A stretch of 62,474 nucleotides of DNA, filler included, from Nemertoderma westbladi (Eukaryota > Animalia > Xenacoelomorpha): NCBI GenBank assembly GCA_032718475.1. It is 4 parts of 4 records of this genome, joined end to end, with 100 filler letters (N's around TTAATTAATTAA, not from the genome) between each part and the next. Parts side by side here need not be neighbours in the genome. Positions count along the whole stretch, not along the records: positions 1 to 21,684 come from JAUCBJ010001371.1; 3 more parts are not named here. The stretch is one strand, 5' to 3'. The translations under genes were made by a program, and so were the position numbers. The notes below the pieces were generated by a model. The model was not told where the DNA came from. It searched no databases and saw nothing but the letters and a program-made list of their open reading frames with translations. Position 1 is the stretch's first letter. Each line of letters opens with the position of its first letter. Below are positions 1-11,939 of this stretch, one piece after another.

Positions 1-244
1 AATTAAGTACCAAATTAAGTGTTAATATCCAGTAGGCCTACCCTGTACGTCAGTACGTAAGTTACAGTTAGGCCTACATAAATGATTTCCAAATTTTAAA
101 GTAAATTGAAAATAATTACCTCAATACACAACAACAAACAAATCTGTTATACTGTATATACAATTACTACTACAATTTTCGATTATTTAAAAACATCAAA
201 ATTTTATAAATAATCATAAAATATTTATAATATAGCGGGAAAAG

Positions 245-688
245 TCAAGAATCAATGATATTATCAACATATTCAACATTATCTGTTGATTCTTCAGGTT
301 CGACAAAGGATTCTTTTGAAATCATTACAATAAAGAAAGACATAATTTCGTAGGGGCTATGCCGATTTAGCCGTATTTCAAACTTTTCACCAGCTTCGTT
401 GTATTGTGTAATAACAATTAACCCCTCTATCATGGATAATAGTAAGATATTGATTAATTTTCCCTCATGCTCAACTTTCAGGTTGTAATCTAAGAGATGA
501 ATACTATTATCAGAAGCATCAATATCAATTGAGCTTAAAACTTTCCTGGCTTTTTCAGAAAACTCAATTTTATATTTATCATCTCCCCGACGGTAAATTG
601 TATAATCAATAACAATATAGGCTTCACCATCTTCAGCAAAAAATGAATGCCTTACTATTGGCATAACCATATCGGAATTAGAAGACAT
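245..688 (-). CDS. Hypothetical 147-aa acidic protein, single exon, no recognised family
   Basis: Uninterrupted ATG-to-stop ORF with protein-like composition in very AT-rich flanks; A-rich context before ATG; TATA-like TTATATATAA at about 786-795 upstream. Confidence 0.45.
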   Translation of the reverse strand: MSSNSDMVMPIVRHSFFAEDGEAYIVIDYTIYRRGDDKYKIEFSEKARKVLSSIDIDASDNSIHLLDYNLKVEHEGKLINILLLSMIEGLIVITQYNEAGEKFEIRLNRHSPYEIMSFFIVMISKESFVEPEESTDNVEYVDNIIDS

Positions 689-1355
689 TATTTAATTAAT
701 TTATTTTATTGTAAATCAAACAAACAAAGTAAAAACTTTTAAACTAAAACCATTACAAATGATTAATTGTGATTAAAGCAAGAGATTATATATAAGATAT
801 TTTCAAAAATAATACAGGTCTTAAACTGAGAAATAGCCTAAATTCGGTTTATTGATTGGTTCATTAGTCGGTAGGGAACTACTGTATAAACAAAAATTAT
901 TTGGTTCTGCGTAATAATAATAATAATCACTAATGCTCGTATACGCGTAGCTGGAACATGGCAGAATTTCATGTATCATACTGGTTGGTTTGTTGATTTG
1001 GAGACAGCAGTCGTGGAGTTGGCAATTGATATAATATAATATATGCGTGATGCGTGTAGATGGCCACGTCGTTACAATATACAGTATACAGTGGTGGTGG
1101 TAACGTGGCAGTGGTGGTAACGTGGCGAAAAGGTGAATAACCGTAGGGTTAGGCAAGCATCGCTGTTGATTGGTTGGTGGGTGGGTAACAGCCGTGGATC
1201 GAGTGGTGATGTGTTGGGGGGCTAGCCATGCGTCGAGAGGTTAGGCTACGCGAAGATGAATATGCAATGGTTGGTGAAAAATAGCGATTTGAAAAATAGT
1301 AGAAGTTACCTGATGCTAAGTGTAGACACCCGAACACCTGTAAAATAAAGGTTGG

Positions 1356-1525
1356 TGATTGGATGCAGTACTAGCGTTGGGTGACTAATAACGCCTCTAG
1401 CGGAATAAGCGGGAACTTGAGAAGTTACCATGGTTACGGATGAAATGCTGACATCTGATTGGTTGAAATAATAACGACTACTGCTAAAGGTTGAAATGGT
1501 GGCTTCTGATTGGATGCAGTACTAG
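1356..1525 (-). promoter_or_regulatory. Cluster of CCAAT (NF-Y-like) boxes
   Basis: TGATTGG at about 1356, 1456 and 1507; TGATTGGATGCAGTACTAG duplicated at 1356 and 1507; further GATTGGTT at about 853 and 1168. Confidence 0.3.
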
Positions 1526-1589
1526 AAATGGATGGTAATGATGGGCTACGGGAGACCATGAAGTCGTGTCATATAAATATATACTACTC

Positions 1590-2650
1590 TCCCTGTGGTC
1601 TGTCATATTAAAGCATGGTTTAACATATCACTTATATGCCAACGACACTCAAATATATATTGCATTTGAACCATCACATCTGGGTGCGGCAGTAGAAGTT
1701 ACCGAGGAATGTTTACGTGACATACAGAGCTGGATGAATACAAATCTACTCAAGATGAATACGGACAAGACAGAATGTTTATTGTTGCAATCACGGTTTG
1801 GATGTCAGATAGACCCGCCTTGTCTACAAATAGGCCACAATAGAGTAAAATGTATCAGTGACGCCCGTGACATTGGCTTCTACATAGACGCTCATTTGTC
1901 TTTTAGTAAACAGATTGCCATCACTGTGCGAGATTCCTTCTTCCACCTTCGGAACCTGTCCAAAATCAGAAAATGTTTACAGAAGGACACTCTAGAGACT
2001 TGCCTTGGTACATACATGCCTTGGTAACAAGCAAGCTAGGCTGCAACAATTCGCTATATTATGGTCTGCCGAATAATCTCATTAAGAAGCTACAATATGT
2101 ACAAAACTCAGCCGCGCGTCTTCTACTGGGTGTCCGAAAGCGGGAACATATTACACCTGTCCTTAAAAGCCTACATTGGCTTCCTGTTCGTCGCCGTATT
2201 GATTTCAAAATAGCGTTGTTGACTTACAAATGTTTGAACGGCCTGGCACCTCAATATCTCAGGGACCTATTGACACCATATGTTCCGCATCGCGAGTTAC
2301 GCTCCAGTGATAAGATGTTGCTCGTCGTACCAAGATTTCGTCTCTCAAATTATGGAAAACGCGCTTTTTCCGTTGCTGCACCACAGGTTTGGAACTCTCT
2401 GCCGATGAATGTCCGTAGCGCACCTGGAGTTGACTCATTCAAATCTCGCCTGAAAACTTTCCTTTTCAAGGAAGAATATGAATAACTATAAATATACTTT
2501 TTTTACGTTTTTTGACTATCATTTATGTATACCTTCTCTATGTATACTCTTCTTCATTTATGTATTCGTGTATACCTTAATGACTTTCATATCGTTATTG
2601 CTGGCGCCTTGCAAGTATATTTTTATTCTTAAAGGCGCGATATAAATATA

Positions 2651-2682
<32 letters not shown>
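1590..2682 (+). mobile_element. 5'-truncated L2-clade LINE (frameshifted RT C-terminus, 3' UTR, (TTA)n tail)
   Basis: HLYANDTQIY (YADD motif), HITPVLKSLHWLPV, APQVWNSLP, FKSRLKTFLF; 3' stem GCGCCTT...AAGGCGC followed by TATAAAT and (ATT)n at 2653-2682. Confidence 0.9.
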
Positions 2683-2683
<1 letters not shown>

Positions 2684-3385
2684 GTAATATGTAACTGTAC
2701 GTAATTTGTATCTGTGTTGCTTTGTGTAATTTGTTTAAAAGCCAATAGTAGATTATAATATATTACATATAATTTCAAATAATAAAAAGTAACTAATTTT
2801 CAATAATTAACATTTTTCTGGGAGTGGAAATATTTCTGTTATGGGATTAGCCCTGTATGCACTTCGATATCCCAGAATCCAATATGCCACCCTAATAGCC
2901 ATCAACCATTTCACATCAATTAGCACTGGAGCTCTGCTCGAGTTCCTGCAGTTATTGTTAGATTGTTTGTGGTTGGCTGTGTTTGTGGTAAGGGGTCGAA
3001 TTCAAAAAACGTAAAAGAAGCTGTAATTATAAAACCAATCATCAGATTCATCTGAAATTTGGTAGTAGTAACCTTGAGTACAGTATATGATTAGTATACA
3101 GTGGTTTGATAATTAGTTTGTAAATGGGTGTGTGTGTAGTGAGAAGTTATCCAGCTGTGATGATTTGGATGAGAGAATATGTATAGGAGAGGGGGGTGAG
3201 GGAAGGGGGTTAGATAGATTATTGGTGTAAACGGTTAGATATAGAGTAAAATATATATTATAATTGTTTTGTGTATATTATATGTATTCTACCAATTATT
3301 GTATATTTATATTATATTGTATCTTGAAAACTGAAAGCATTTTTAATATTCCGAAATAAAACTTTTACAAGCTATTACCGCGATC

Positions 3386-4550
3386 ATGTCATTAAAGTTA
3401 AATCAAATCATACATCCATTTAGTGGTGATGTCAAAGCTGTTAATTTTAACGAATGGATGAAGATATTTCTATTGGTACTCAGAAATGGGAACAGTTGGA
3501 AAATCACCTGCCGTTGTTGTTGGAGGGGTCAGCATTCACGGTGTATGACCACCGTGTGGTCTCCCGATGGAGCTGTTGAGGTGTACCCGTCGGACTTGCA
3601 ACGGTTAATTTTGCTAACTGGAATCAAACCATCGAACATTGAGCTTATTCCACCAATAATAAAAAGTCCATTTGTTAGCGGATTACCCAATGACCTCAGT
3701 AGTCAACTGGTTACAATGAATGCGTTTGAAAGTGAAATGATGAGTTTAGAAGAATTAGTGACGAAAGCGAGACATATCATCGCAGATCGAAAGTGCGATG
3801 ATGGTATAGGAATTATCAGTGCTGTTGGGGAATGCTGCCGTCCTTATCAGCACCCACATAATGATGGTGATCGTAGTAACAGAGCTACAGCGTCCTAGCA
3901 ATTGTAGGAATTGTTACAATTGTAGGAAACTGGGACATATTTCGTCACAGTAGGGTAACTGGCCTATATCCCGTATGCAGTTGGTTACGATTAGCCTGTA
4001 GTTGGTTGAAAGGACAATGTATAGGAGATTGGGATAGTCCAGTTGACTCATGGGTATTAAAATTGGTGAAAGTTACATGGGAGAGCATATGTAATAACGA
4101 TCCAGTATGTGGAGTATGGAATGTAAATACTCTTAATGGAAATTGTGTGATATGGTGTGATGCTAGTGACATTGCTAGAGGAGTTCTTCTAGAAGTCGAT
4201 GGTAGAATAATTGGGGATGCTGCTTGGCTACAAAAGAAAAATGAAACAAAAGCTCATATCAATGTGGTGGAATTAAACAGTGTGGTCAAAGGAATCAATC
4301 TCGCAATAGAGTGGAATATTAAATGATTCACACTATGTTTAGATTCACACATTGTGTGCAGGTGGGTTGAAGCAACTCTGAAAAATATACATGAGTTCAT
4401 GTTGGGCTCCTGTATGTGAATTTGGTAAAACGTCGTTTAGAACTGTTGCTAGAGTTAGTACAGTTATATGGTTTAGATGTTGAGGTTAAGTGGGTGGAAT
4501 CTGAACAAAACTCGTCTGATAAACTAACGAGACTACACAGAGGTTGGTAA
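3386..4550 (+). mobile_element. Degenerate Gypsy-like LTR retrotransposon remnant (gag, zinc knuckle, RNase H; protease/RT apparently deleted)
   Basis: gag-like MSLKLNQIIHPFSGD; CYNCRKLGHISSQ knuckle at about 3912-3950; RNase H-like IWCDASDIARGVLL...HINVVELNSV; many stops and frameshifts. Confidence 0.7.
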
Positions 4551-4842
4551 GAGTCTGCCATGGTAAATCAACCTGAAATCGAGACATGTAGTAAAATTAT
4601 TGCTTGTAAAGTTATTGTGAGTTGGTTGGTTGGATGTATCAACAAGCAGAAACGGGATTGGCGTAAGTTTGTGGTGCTGCTTCTCAGTGGTAAGTTACCT
4701 ACAGACCTCTCTCTTCATTTCAATACCCGTTCTGTCTCCCTTTGTGAATTTCTCTCTACATTTCCTGGCTTGGCCTCCTGAGAATGCCTTCAACTACGGG
4801 GCGAAACCTACCGATCAGATGGCTGCTGTCAGCTGATCTCTG

Positions 4843-4914
4843 ATGCATGCTACGTCTAGGTCTTGTTGCTTTTTAGTTTTTTTCATACTTTGGTACCAAC
4901 CTACAAAACTACCT
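4843..4914 (+). CDS. Beta/gamma-crystallin-domain gene, exon 1 (signal-peptide-like MHATSRSCCFLVFFILWYQPTKLP)
   Basis: ATG at 4843, hydrophobic core, donor GTAAGT at 4915; phase 0 fits exon 2. Confidence 0.7.
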
Positions 4915-5281
4915 GTAAGTTTTTTTACTTAACGTGCTTGATAAATAAATAAATATAATTCGTAATACATATATAGTCCACTATTGGAATCCTGGACTGC
5001 GTCTTTGTAGGGATCTGCTCCATCTAGAGAAGAGTGCCGCTGCAGGGTAAATAGTCTGAAAGTGAAAAACTTATCTCATTTCATTGCAGTTAACCAGTCT
5101 GTCACTGGGGGGTAAGAAGTGTTTAGGAGATAAATTTATATTTGCATATCTTTGCAAATAATTCTTGGAGTTGAGTTTTATGTTAAGAAGATAACCCTAG
5201 TAGAAGTAACTTGAATAGGCTCTAAAGATAATATAAAGAAAACATACAAATACTTAATCGTAACTTAAATTATTTGTTTAG

Positions 5282-5436
5282 GTTGCTGGAGACTGTTTGT
5301 CACCAAAGATTACTTTCTACACTGGTGAAGATTATGGCGGAGAATCATTTACCGACCATGGGGGTTTTGGAGAAGGACGATTTGAGTCTTTCCATGTTGT
5401 AGATGATGTATCTTCAGTACATGTTGCTTGTGGGGA
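5282..5436 (+). CDS. Beta/gamma-crystallin-domain gene, exon 2 (Greek key 1)
   Basis: Acceptor TTTGTTTAG and donor GTAAGT; encodes VAGDCLSPKITFYTGEDYGGESF...VDDVSSVHVACG; ends in phase 2. Confidence 0.88.
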
Positions 5437-5892
5437 GTAAGTCATTGGTCATTGTTTCTTCACTATGAAATAAATACATTAATGCAGATTCTCCAAAATT
5501 ATTATTCTCTACTATTCTAACTTTGATCCTACCTGATCGACAATGCAGTTTTTACTAAACTATGGTGCCCAATGAATATTACAATGATATTAAAGTACTC
5601 ATTCACGCAAAATACAAATAATTAATATTCTTGTAGTAAGATTCCAGAGTGTTTGGGAATACTAGCTTAACTTCCTCTAGATGAGTCCCTTACAAATACT
5701 AATTTGTCATAAGCTTATCAATAATCTAGCTTTAAACAGCTGATAGTACTAATGTTGTTGGTTAGCTTTCTTTGCTATTACCCCCTTGACTAAATGAGCT
5801 TCTCTTCTCACTGTCTCAATGACCCCACCTGGGGTGTAATAACGAAGTATTGAAGGCGCAAACCTAATTGTTCTAGATATTATATATATCTA

Positions 5893-6155
5893 GGTTCCAC
5901 CTTGGTGTAGTGGTTGCATTGAAGTCACATCTCCCATAGATCGTGGGTTCGATCCTCACATGGGCCAGGGCAGTTTTCGTTTCGGCACGAATGCTTTAAA
6001 TGGACCAGCCAGGGCGCATCTTTGCCATGAGTACTGGAGTTTCCTCTGGGGAGTAAAGTTCTGGGGGGATCGCACTGGAAATAAGTCGTCAGACTTTGTG
6101 CGTAATCCCTGACCTAGCGGCCAAAGAAAATTTACTTTACTTTTACTTTACTTTA
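5893..6155 (+). mobile_element. tRNA-derived SINE, copy 1
   Basis: A box TGGTGTAGTGG, B box GGTTCGATCC, (TTTAC)n tail; homologous copies at 35641 and 38531. Confidence 0.9.
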
Positions 6156-6791
6156 GATATTCACATTGGTGTCATGACTACAAATAAGTACAGTTGGTAA
6201 GGAATATATGTTTTACAGGATCCATCATCCCATAACAAAAATACAAGCAATACATATTAATCAGTTATCAACTGTAGACACCTCGACCCTGTCCTTGAAC
6301 AAACGATTGTTCCAAGGCTCCCTCACAAGGAGCAAATTCTGTTAACATGTTGCAGGATTCCTCACAGGATACCATTAGTGTCTGCACCTTGTTGCTGTAA
6401 TCCTCATAGGACAAGATACAATGTGTTCAAGAATAACAAAAAAAAAAAATTTTTAAAACAGAGATAAGAAGAACAGGGATTTTTTAATGAATGAAATAAA
6501 ATATAAAACATTAGCTAGTATAAAAATGGGATGTAATTAATAAGATTTTGCAAAGTTGCTGGGAATATAATTTGCAACTATGTTGCAGCAAGGTGCCTGA
6601 ATTCGTCACACATAAACGACCATGGCACTTTTTTGTGGTGCAATGTTTTTGAGAGAGGCAACATTGATCGTGAGAGGGATCCAGTAATTATTGTTGAACC
6701 TTACCAATCGATACAATTTACAGCAGCAAAAGTTGCTCTCTACTAGTGATATATTGCTCGTATCTCCTTATCGCCTATCTCTTTCTTTTAG

Positions 6792-6902
6792 TTGGATAAC
6801 ATATGAAATGCCTACTTGTCTACTCGGACCCAGTATAAGGCTCTCCCAGGGAGGATATCCAAATGCATCTAGTTGGGGAGGTGTTGACAACGCAATGGCA
6901 TG
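6792..6902 (+). CDS. Beta/gamma-crystallin-domain gene, exon 3 (Greek key 2)
   Basis: Acceptor CTTTCTTTTAG and donor GTTAGT; encodes WITYEMPTCLLGPSIRLSQGGYPNASSWGGVDNAMA; phase 2 to phase 2. Confidence 0.85.
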
Positions 6903-7553
6903 GTTAGTGAAGTGTTGCTTTATTTCGAAATTGGGAGGGGGGGGGGGGGCTATTGCTACTGTTGTACTTACTGAATCGTATTACTGAATTGCAGCTAGGC
7001 CTAGGTATCTTAGTGCAATAACATGCACATGTGACTAGTGATAATTGCTAGGGTTAGTGGGACAGGTCTCACTCAAACGTAATTATTAGGCTGCACAGTA
7101 ACCATTATTTCGTCACTGTATGTAGTTCAACTATGGATATATCCACAGTGAACCTTTCACAATGCAAACAAGTAAATGAACAAAATAATCCCCATTTAAA
7201 TTATGTTGAGAAATCTAAAAGTCAAGAAGTAGTAGTGATAACTAGAGACGGGCCTGGCAGCCCGTGAAGCAAGTCGTAGGAGACAGTACGAGTCAAGTAA
7301 AAGCTTTTTGTTCTGTCTGATAATCAATTAGTGTGAGGGTAGTCCTGGTGGTGTACGATAAATTTTCTAGACAACTTCAAACTATAATTATTATGTTGTA
7401 ATCATCAAATGAATTATAAAAGCTGTTGTGATTATAGAATAAATTGGAGATGAGCTGTTGCAACTGCAATTAAAGGTGTAATATTATGGTTTTGTTCAGA
7501 AGTGGAAAAAATTACTTAAGACGCGCTAATTTTAAGCGCGTCTTAAGTAATTA

Positions 7554-10477
7554 ACTACTACTACTACTACTACTAGGATCGGCATGCTGCATTGCAGCTG
7601 CATTTTTAAGAATGCTGTGCCGGCTTGTCAACAAATTTGCACCGCCACAACTCCCTATCACCCATGACATCTGCTAGATCAGCCGCATCTTCAAGGCCAG
7701 TGTCCTTTAAGATGCGTCTCAAGAAAGTCATGGGCTGTCCACCATGCTTATTCACTCCATGAGGCTGCCAAAGTACAAGATTATGCACTGGCTGGTCCTC
7801 ACGGTGAAAGCAATGTCCTGCAAAGTGGAGGTGATTTTGTTCTAGTGTCAAGCTTGGGGGAACCAATGAGACACCTCCAATGTTATATAGTGTCTGGTTG
7901 GAGATGTGTGCATTGTACTTGACACAATGAACCCGGCGTAGCATTCTTGTGAATGTGCTATCCAGAGATTTGGTGTCCTCAGCAGTTAGAGCCCAGCATG
8001 GACTCCCGTAGAGGAGTACTGGAACTACTGCTGCTCTAAATAATCAGACCTTAAGTTTCCGATTAATTCTCGGTGACTTCCAAATCCTGGAAAGCCTATT
8101 CAAGGCTGCCCATGCCTTTCCCTTACGTATTCGAAGGTCCTCACCTGACTTCCGGATCCATGATCCCAGGTAACAGAAGTCGTCCACATGCTCAAGCATA
8201 CCATCCTTTGAGCTTATGCTCATCCGATTAGAGACTTGCTGAGGACTTTCAAAGTGAACTGTCAAAATGTTGGTCTTTCTGGAGTTAATAAAAAGACCAA
8301 CACTAGAAGCAGCATGTTCTAATGAGCTGAGGAGCCGATGGGCTCCCTCTAATGATTCTGAGAGTACTCCTAAGTCATCAGCAAAGTCTAGATCAGTTAG
8401 GTACTTGGCAGGATTTCCTCGACTTCTGGAGCCAGTAGGTGCAGTTATCATCACCCCATCATCATTATGATCATCTAAGGACATGCGTAGAACATAGTCA
8501 ACCACAATAATGAACAAGAATGGTGCAAGTGTGTCTCCTTGGAGGACGCCCCATAATACTTCAAATGGTTCTGTGTCACCGTCAACAGAACAGTAGACAC
8601 AAATGTTGTCGAACGATCGTATACTGATCTGATTGCTGCAATAATTTCACCAGGAATCCCATAATGAAAGTATGCTGAACATACGTCGAGAGACTGAATC
8701 AAAGGCCTTAACCCTATTAAACCCGGGGGGGGGGGGGGGGGTCAATATGACCCCTCCCCGTGGTTTTTTTATTATAATTCTGAAACAAACGCAGTTGGGA
8801 ATCTGAAATTTTCTGACTTTTCCTAAAAATCTATTGTCTTCATAGTAGTGAAAACGGTTTTCAAAAATATTGGGTACTTTTCGAGTTATAGCACCATTTT
8901 TTTTTTAACCCTACTTTTGGCACTTTTTTTGAGACGTTTTTTGAAAATTAGATTTCATTAAATATGAATTATAACATCTCTATTTTTGATTTACACCGGT
9001 TTTTTGGTGTTAGAAATTGGATGGAATTCATATAAATTGATTTAGAAATTTCAAACTTGTTTTTTTTCGGTGGGTGCCAAATTTTGGTGTCTGCAGCAAA
9101 TTTTGAAATATGTCAATTTTGTAAATTGATTGTTTGAAACTTGTTTTTTACGCAATTGGGGTTTTTTGGGGTTCTGGATTTGATGAAATATATACGAGTT
9201 GCACCAAGCGTATCAAACTTGTATTTTTCGGTGCTGTGTGCAAATTTTGGTGCTAGCACGAAATTTTGAAAATCCATTCAATAGATAAAATTGCTTGTGA
9301 CAATTTATTTCTTGCGTTTTAGAGGTTTATGGCTGTTCTGAATTCAATGGAATATATAATTATCGAACTAGACATCTCAAACTTGTATTTTTCGGATGTG
9401 GGTGCAAAATGTGGTGCCAGCACCAAATTTTGAAAACCATCAAATATATCAATTCATTGTGTCACCTTGTTTCTTGCGTTATACGGGTTTGTGATGGTTC
9501 TGAATTCAATGGAATCAGTAAAAATTTCATAAGAGTTCTCAAACTTGTATTTTTCGCCGGTGGGTGAAAATTGTTGTGCCAGCACCAAATTTTGGAAAAT
9601 ATGCAAATTGATCAGTAGATAGTTTCACCTTGTTTCTTGCGTTATGTACGGGTTTATGAGGGTCCTGAATCCGATGGAATCAATAAAAACAGCACTGGAC
9701 ATCGCAAACTTGTACTTTTTGGTGATGGGTACGAAATTTGGTGCTAGCACCAAAATTTGCCAAATTACGCCGAAAAATACAAGTAGCAATGATCTGGCAT
9801 ATTAGAAATGTATTCCATTAGAATCAGCGCCCTCGAAAACCTGAAAATGTGAAATTATAGCATCTTATAAGTGAATTAAAAATTTTGTGTTCTAACTGAA
9901 AAGTGTTGGTTACTTGTTTTTTTCATTATTTTCCTACGCAGAGAGGACTAAACAGCCATTTATAGTAATCATATCATTTTTAAATATTTTCCAATGTATT
10001 TTGCACCCCAGAAAACCTGTATTGAAAAATAATTAGCCGTAAATGTAACTTTCAAATTTTGTGAAAATTGTGCACTACTTGTAATTTTGGTGCTGCAATA
10101 TAACCACCCCAGTACATTTTTTCGAAATTTTTTTTTTTCGGTCGGATCCAGGCAAGTGATACCTACGTACAAACAAAAAATCAGACGTTTTCGTAAATAT
10201 TTGTAGATTTTAGAGGGGGGGGGGGGGGGTCAATATGACCCCCCCCCCCGGTATTTGTACAACATTTTATAGCCCGGTACTAATAGGGTTAAAGAAGTCA
10301 ACAAAGATAACAGCCAGATGCCTGTCTTCCTTTTTTGATAATTCTTCAATTATCCTTTTAAGTGCCAAAATGGGCTCTATGGTCCCACGACCTTTACGGA
10401 ACCCATTCTGATTTCCACGGAGCAGTCTCTCAATGGGATCCCTGGTGCGATTTAATATAATCCTATTGTATAGCTTT
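7554..10477 (-). mobile_element. RTE-clade LINE, 5'-truncated, interrupted at 8712-10288
   Basis: GVLQGDTLAPFLF, DLDFADDL, FCYLGSW; (TAG)n tail at 7554-7576; very similar to 38877-40503. Confidence 0.92.
8712..10288. mobile_element. Non-autonomous piggyBac-like DNA transposon (1577 bp)
   Basis: TTAA TSD at 8708-8711 and 10289-10292; imperfect TIR CCCTATTA...TAATAGGG; subterminal GGGGTCAATATGACCCC hairpin at both ends; about five diverged ~165-bp internal repeats; removal restores the RTE VDFFKAFDSV. Confidence 0.88.
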
Positions 10478-10742
10478 AAAGTAAAGTTACTGTAAAGTTA
10501 CTAAACTTCCCTTAGCCAAAATGCATGCTGGTAGCAGAAAGCTGCCCCCTTGCCTGAGCAAATACTTTGGTCTCAGACAGATCAGTCAAACTGCAAGGCC
10601 TACAGTGCTAATCGGTACTGTACTGCTAGTATGGCAAATCACCAAATTATAGAGCGTGCTATTTGCACCTTGCATACTTGCGCGTACTAACAAACAGCAT
10701 CAGCTCGCACCTATAGGAGGTACAGGTTGACCAAGGGGTTCG

Positions 10743-11372
10743 TGTTGGAATCTGAGGTATTTGTTTCTACATTTTACGGCGTCCCAGGACGGCATCACGG
10801 TTTCCCCTGATCTAAGGTGTTACGGCGGGTGTGACGGTACGTGCGTCAGATTCGCTAACAATCCAGTTTAATTAGCCCAGGATTAGAAAAGCAGACATCG
10901 ACTACCGGTATTGACTGATTGATCAAAGTATATTATCGAATGTTAGATGAGAACATGGGTTATATCAATATGGTTGTAAACGGTAAACTACAAATAAACA
11001 AAGGAAATATCAGAATATGGTATATTACAAACCGATATACAGGTCCAATAAACAAGTACAAACTAAACACGGTACGATATAAGTACGATATAAAGTATAA
11101 TACTAGCATATACTTACAGACTGTGCTTTTAGGAATGTTCGGCTTTGTGAGAATATTCAATGTATCGATTGTATAATATAGATAGACGTAAAGCAGTAAA
11201 AAGGGTAGGTCTGATTGGGTCTGATTTATGTAAAGAGGCAGGGGCAGTCAGTCAGGTGCTCAAGTGCTGTAGTGCACACGGTTCTTCCTTGGCAGTCATC
11301 ATACTGCTGACTCCTGACTCTCGTATAGGCTGCCATGGTTTATTCTGTGTACCCTAGCCAGCAGCCGGGACA
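10743..11372 (-). repeat. Putative 3' LTR of the BEL/Pao element
   Basis: Minus-strand polypurine tract AAAGGGGGGGAG (11373-11384) directly followed by TGT; the end at ...AACA (10743) is a guess because no second LTR is visible. Confidence 0.55.
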
Positions 11373-11499
11373 CTCCCCCCCTTTGACCATTGTCAAAATG
11401 ATATAGTATAGTTGTGATATTATGAGTATGATTAACCTATGTAAATATATATAAAAAAAAGAAAAAAAAAAATATATATATATATATATATACATATAT

Positions 11500-11820
11500 G
11501 ATACATCGGAAGAAAATAATGATATATATTTACCACACTAGCTAGGTACAAAAAGAATCGTTTTTGATGATTGTATGGAAATACTAAGAGTGCTGCTACA
11601 GTAGGTACAAAAATATAGTAGCTCGGAAGCATGTATATGATGCACAGGAAGAAAATAATTATGTATATGTTTACCACACTAGCTATGTACAAAAATATAG
11701 TAGCTCGGAAGAATGTATATGATGCACAGGAAGAAAATAATTATGTATATATTTACAAGAACATAGTCAAAAATATAGTAACTCAGAAAGATGTATATAA
11801 TTCATAGGAAGAAAATAATT
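11500..11820. repeat. Diverged ~80-bp tandem repeats in the BEL 3' UTR
   Basis: AAAATATAGTAGCTCGGAAG...GGAAGAAAATAATT recurs at about 11611, 11692 and 11770. Confidence 0.7.
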
Positions 11821-11939
11821 AACACTAGGTAGTTATAAATTAGTTGATAGCATTATATATAATATGACGTGCAAGAAGGAACGTGTTATAGTTCGAAGAG
11901 TTCAAGAGGACTTAAGATGGGAATAAGTCGATTACGGTA

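Noticed and set aside
5893-5965. Functional tRNA gene
   Set aside because: A/B boxes are present but there is no complete cloverleaf, and it continues into a shared body and TTTAC tail in three copies, so it is a SINE head
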